From: a virus
Taxonomy: Duplodnaviria > Caudoviricetes
Direction: 5' to 3' (one strand)
DNA: 47,005 bases
IMG/VR virus record: IMGVR_UViG_3300006918_000004
Coordinates: 1 to 47,005 of that record
In this document: piece by piece, positions 43,975-47,005 of the stretch
Numbering within the stretch: the stretch's first letter is position 1
Layout of the letters: every line of letters starts with the position of its first letter
The notes under the pieces: generated by a model
Told to the model about the DNA's origin: nothing
The model's input: the letters and a program-made list of their open reading frames with translations, nothing else
Database searches by the model: none
Translations under genes and position numbers: made by a program

Positions 43975-44459
43975 AAATGTACCTTGAACTTATTCGTCGG
44001 GTGAGCTATATCTACAGTCAATTGGATGTTCTCAGGAAAGTAGACAGCCGGGTCGTACCACTTGACCACTTCACAGACTTGGAATATCCAGAGATCCTCG
44101 GGGAATATCTTGCGGAGGACCGGGAGATATAGCTTCTTCACCTGCCACCAAGCGTCAGAGGTATGACTGTACTTGACCTCAACAATAGTAATGATTCCTC
44201 GGGGAACGTCGAAGATGAGGCCATCGGGCTGACACCATCGGTGTTGCGCGGAGCCATTTGCGCGGAAGTAAAGCCAAGGACCAGGGACATAACTATCTGG
44301 ATACAGGAACAGGAGATGCTCCTGAACCTTCTTCTCATATCTGACGCCTGCGGCTCTCCGGCCAGTATATTTCTTTTTCCTTAGGAACGGAGGATCAGTC
44401 AACACTAGCTTCGCGTAAATAACGTCCCCCGCCGGAGTAAAGTGGTCCGGGGGAGTCAT
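43962..44459 (-). CDS. PD-(D/E)XK nuclease
   Basis: GVRYE...QPDGL...IVEVK. Confidence 0.7.
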   Translation of the reverse strand: MTPPDHFTPAGDVIYAKLVLTDPPFLRKKKYTGRRAAGVRYEKKVQEHLLFLYPDSYVPGPWLYFRANGSAQHRWCQPDGLIFDVPRGIITIVEVKYSHTSDAWWQVKKLYLPVLRKIFPEDLWIFQVCEVVKWYDPAVYFPENIQLTVDIAHPTNKFKVHLWRP

Positions 44460-44962
44460 GAGACTTCTTTCTCAATAGGGACTACTTCGATAGCTTCTGG
44501 AAGGAGCTGAGGCTGGGCCTTCGCAAGAAGTGCATTCCGGGCAGTAGCTAGTGCCTCCTGCGGAACGGCGATAGTCTGATTTACAGTATTGTTCTGTATA
44601 GTAATCGCCCCGGGATTGCGAGCTGAAGATGGCGCATAGCCCATCCGGTGCAGGAGCTTATCCGTAGCGTCCAGAAGGAAGTTGGGGTCCTCAGATTTCT
44701 CTATTTTCTCAGACAGCTTGCTGAGGGCTACGTCCGCCACGCCTCGAAGCTTCCCGGGAAGGTCAGCTATTATAACCGCGGAGACTATCGCCTGCTTCTT
44801 GCGCAGGACCTCTTGAAATGCATCTGAGTGAAGTATCTGGGAGAGCCATGCCTGAGTATAGTTAAAATACTCCGCCGCGTCCCGGAGGCTCCGATGCGGG
44901 TTCTCTATCAGCCAATTCGCAAAGGCCTCGTGCGTGAAGCTGACCCGCTTGATCTCAGCCAT
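44456..44962 (-). CDS. putative terminase small subunit
   Basis: N-terminal HTH (SLRDAAEYFNYTQAWLSQI), helical core, upstream of terL. Confidence 0.6.
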   Translation of the reverse strand: MAEIKRVSFTHEAFANWLIENPHRSLRDAAEYFNYTQAWLSQILHSDAFQEVLRKKQAIVSAVIIADLPGKLRGVADVALSKLSEKIEKSEDPNFLLDATDKLLHRMGYAPSSARNPGAITIQNNTVNQTIAVPQEALATARNALLAKAQPQLLPEAIEVVPIEKEVS

Positions 44963-45239
44963 TGAAGCTCCCCTTTCCCAGTAAGACGTAAGCGGCTAGC
45001 TCTGTAACCTGTTGTATAGCTTTCGCTCGAGCTACCTTGTGGCCTAGCTCCTTGTCAAATTTCTCGGGATCGATGCAGCTGCTTGTCCCGGTGACTGTAA
45101 AGCCATTGTGTAGAACCAGCACACAAATCGTGAGCAGCTTTAGCGACTGATGCTCGGGACAGTCCTCGAACGCCGAGTCCCCGGTCGTCCAGTATTCCGC
45201 CGCGATGAGCCCCTCAACTAGTTCCTTCGTCAGTTCCAT
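44955..45239 (-). CDS. phage N4 gp49 / Sf6 gp66 family protein
   Basis: LTICVLVLHNGFTVTGTSSCIDPEKFDKELG. Confidence 0.8.
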   Translation of the reverse strand: MELTKELVEGLIAAEYWTTGDSAFEDCPEHQSLKLLTICVLVLHNGFTVTGTSSCIDPEKFDKELGHKVARAKAIQQVTELAAYVLLGKGSFNG

Positions 45240-45485
45240 TTCTTACCTCCTGTCTTTATACAAGTTCCCGGGCTTTGTAACTCATTCTGTTTTTGCTGGC
45301 CAATGCGAAGTGAGAGCTATGGGAATTATTCCCTGCTTTAATTACCTGATTAACTGTAGTCCGGCGAGAGGTCATCCCCCCTGGCTAGGCATGACGCATG
45401 GGAGGGGGGCCGGTATACCCCCCACGGGTATCTGGAAAGGAAAAAGCTGAATGAAATCAACGGGTTACGAGGCGGAATTTTCAGC

Positions 45486-45513
45486 TTGCAATATATTTCA
45501 GACGGCGTATAAT
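45486..45513 (+). promoter_or_regulatory. sigma70-type early promoter
   Basis: TTGCAA-N16-TATAAT. Confidence 0.7.
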
Positions 45514-45674
45514 GATTTTTGTCGGACGGAACATTGTCTGGCACGGCGAACCGGGCGACTTCTGGTTGTTCGGGGATAATGTAAGACGCAGTGCATATCG
45601 GGTACACGTGGTATGCAGGCGAATCCAGCCCCGTTCTTTAAAAATCTGGATTCATCTTTTCTCCTCCTTTGAAG

Positions 45675-45740
45675 TTGAATGGATAGGGAATTGGCGGCAG
45701 TAAGTAGGATGCTAGTTCCCCTTCCGGTCAATTTCGACCA
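45675..45740 (+). promoter_or_regulatory. two-hairpin leader motif, copy A
   Basis: GGGAATTGGC/GCTAGTTCCC then GGTC-AATTTC-GACC. Confidence 0.55.
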
Positions 45741-45760
45741 GATGAAAAGGGAGAAAGGAA

Positions 45761-46036
45761 ATGGGATACACAGTTAGTTATAAGGGAATGTCTCGGGATG
45801 AGCGCAGATACAAGGGTTTCTCTGACGCAGTTGATTATCTAGGCGCAGAGAGAATGCCCAAGGTCTGGGAGATTGTCGGAGATATTTTAAAAGCGACTGA
45901 GGTTAGCTTCCGGGTGAGAGTGAATCAATGTTATTTTGCTCTATCGTTCGCCGGACTGCAAGGTGTCCCAGCATGGGCAATTATCAAGACTAGGTTGGCT
46001 GTGCTGAAAATGGAACAGAAGCAAGGAGGGAACTAG
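45761..46036 (+). CDS. hypothetical early protein
   Basis: purine-rich RBS, 91 aa. Confidence 0.7.
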   Translation: MGYTVSYKGMSRDERRYKGFSDAVDYLGAERMPKVWEIVGDILKATEVSFRVRVNQCYFALSFAGLQGVPAWAIIKTRLAVLKMEQKQGGN

Positions 46037-46038
46037 GC

Positions 46039-46089
46039 TTCCACGTCATAGGCGTTAGAAATAGCGCCTATCGCGGGCAATCCTGCCCA
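46039..46089 (+). promoter_or_regulatory. two-hairpin leader motif, copy B
   Basis: ATAGGCGTTA-GAAA-TAGCGCCTAT then GGGC-AATCCT-GCCC. Confidence 0.6.
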
Positions 46090-46114
46090 CAGTTCAAATT
46101 CAAAGGAGCAAAGA

Positions 46115-46651
46115 ATGGCAACAGTTATGGATGAAAAGAAGATTCCCTTTCTGGATAAGACGATTGGCGAAGGCTCAGTTACTTTCACCCTCGGGAATGG
46201 ACAGTCAGTAGTTGTATTGAAGTCTGATGTCAGCCCGGAGAATTGGGAAAGAGCTGCCCTTCATGGAATCAGTCAACGGCTCGGAGATGCTTGTGCCAAT
46301 CTGTCGAAAGGTAAGGAGTATGGCAAAGCGCTGGAGGCATTGGAAGAGCTGAAGGCTCAATTGGCTCAGAAAGAATGGACCAAGGGCCGGGAGGCTGGGA
46401 ACAAGCAGCAGATTGAGGACCTGATTGAAGCACTGGCTAAATTAAAGAAGGTGCCCGCGGAAGTAGTTCGCGCGGCAGTCGAAAAGGCCGATGCAGATAA
46501 AAGGAAGTCCTGGATCAGTAATAAGGCGATTGCCCTCGAGATGGCGCAGATCAAGGCGGCCAGACTCAAGAAAGAAGCTAAGGGAAATTCGTCTGTAGAT
46601 GATATTGATCTGGGGATTGAAGCAGATCAGTTGGATGAGGAAGTAGCCTAA
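46115..46651 (+). CDS. conserved hypothetical protein, paralog of 5395..5949
   Basis: AAAGGAG RBS; shared FT..NG, HG..Q...D, WT..R, ALA.LK..P.EVV.AAVEKA...KRK.W. Confidence 0.85.
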   Translation: MATVMDEKKIPFLDKTIGEGSVTFTLGNGQSVVVLKSDVSPENWERAALHGISQRLGDACANLSKGKEYGKALEALEELKAQLAQKEWTKGREAGNKQQIEDLIEALAKLKKVPAEVVRAAVEKADADKRKSWISNKAIALEMAQIKAARLKKEAKGNSSVDDIDLGIEADQLDEEVA

Positions 46652-46803
46652 TGGGACAAGAACTGGAGTATACGATAGTTGTCCTGTGGTATGTTACAGA
46701 AACTGAAGCGCAATCTCGCGAGTTCAAGGATATAGATAGTTTTCAACAGTTTATCTGTGGACTTATCCGAGATGGTGTAGAATTTAGTGTAAGCTACGAA
46801 TAG
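46651..46803 (+). CDS. small hypothetical protein (50 aa, not in ORF track)
   Basis: TAATG coupling; MGQELEYTIVVLWY... Confidence 0.55.
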   Translation: MGQELEYTIVVLWYVTETEAQSREFKDIDSFQQFICGLIRDGVEFSVSYE

Positions 46804-46804
46804 G

Positions 46805-46876
46805 GGATTCTTGCAAGGCATTAGGCAACAGGCGATAGGTATTAGGCCTAGTGTCTTGCCGGGACAATCCTGTCCA
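46805..46876 (+). promoter_or_regulatory. two-hairpin leader motif, copy C
   Basis: GCAAGGCATTAGG/CCTAGTGTCTTGC then GGAC-AATCCT-GTCC. Confidence 0.6.
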
Positions 46877-46898
46877 GTAGATAAAGGAGGAAGAAAAA

Positions 46899-47005
46899 AT
46901 GTATGGAGTCTTTACGCAAGGCGCAGATGGCTTTCATTGGAGAAGTACAGTAGACACAATGGAGGCTGCGAAAGATGACATGGCCGATGCCCTTGATAAT
47001 GATAA
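46899..47005 (+). CDS. hypothetical protein, runs off the window end
   Basis: AAAGGAGG RBS; open frame MYGVFTQGADG... Confidence 0.65.
   Translation, partial: MYGVFTQGADGFHWRSTVDTMEAAKDDMADALDND

Noticed and set aside
1-47005. Stop-codon reassignment
   Set aside because: Core genes are full length in the standard code, and TAA, TAG and TGA all end genes at tight junctions.

Overview
The window looks like a near-complete, probably circularly permuted genome of a podovirus-type tailed dsDNA phage. A Gram-negative host is implied by the nested Rz/Rz1 spanins and is consistent with the sigma70-like promoters. The + strand (45.5 kb to the end, then 1-19 kb) carries many small early genes and an inverted-iteron origin-like element (652-956). 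It also carries a recombination module (Cas4-like exonuclease, Sak4-like AAA ATPase, SSB), two nucleotide pyrophosphohydrolases, a ParB-methyltransferase fusion, a UDG-fused family A DNA polymerase and a stand-alone DUF3987-like AAA+ helicase. The - strand (45.2 kb down to 18.9 kb) carries terminase, portal, scaffold, major capsid, a glycosyltransferase, appendage and tail proteins, a lysis cassette and ejection proteins. I see no RNA polymerase, primase, integrase, canonical tRNA or CRISPR array. The most notable unexplained signals are: (1) four dispersed intergenic copies of a 31-bp palindrome, possibly parS-like sites for the ParB-MTase; (2) a primase-less replication module whose polymerase has altered motif A/B residues and a degenerate UDG domain; (3) a highly structured ~290-nt intergenic RNA candidate upstream of the SSB gene; (4) a covarying two-hairpin leader motif in front of three early genes. 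All product calls come from motif recognition by eye; no database searches were run.
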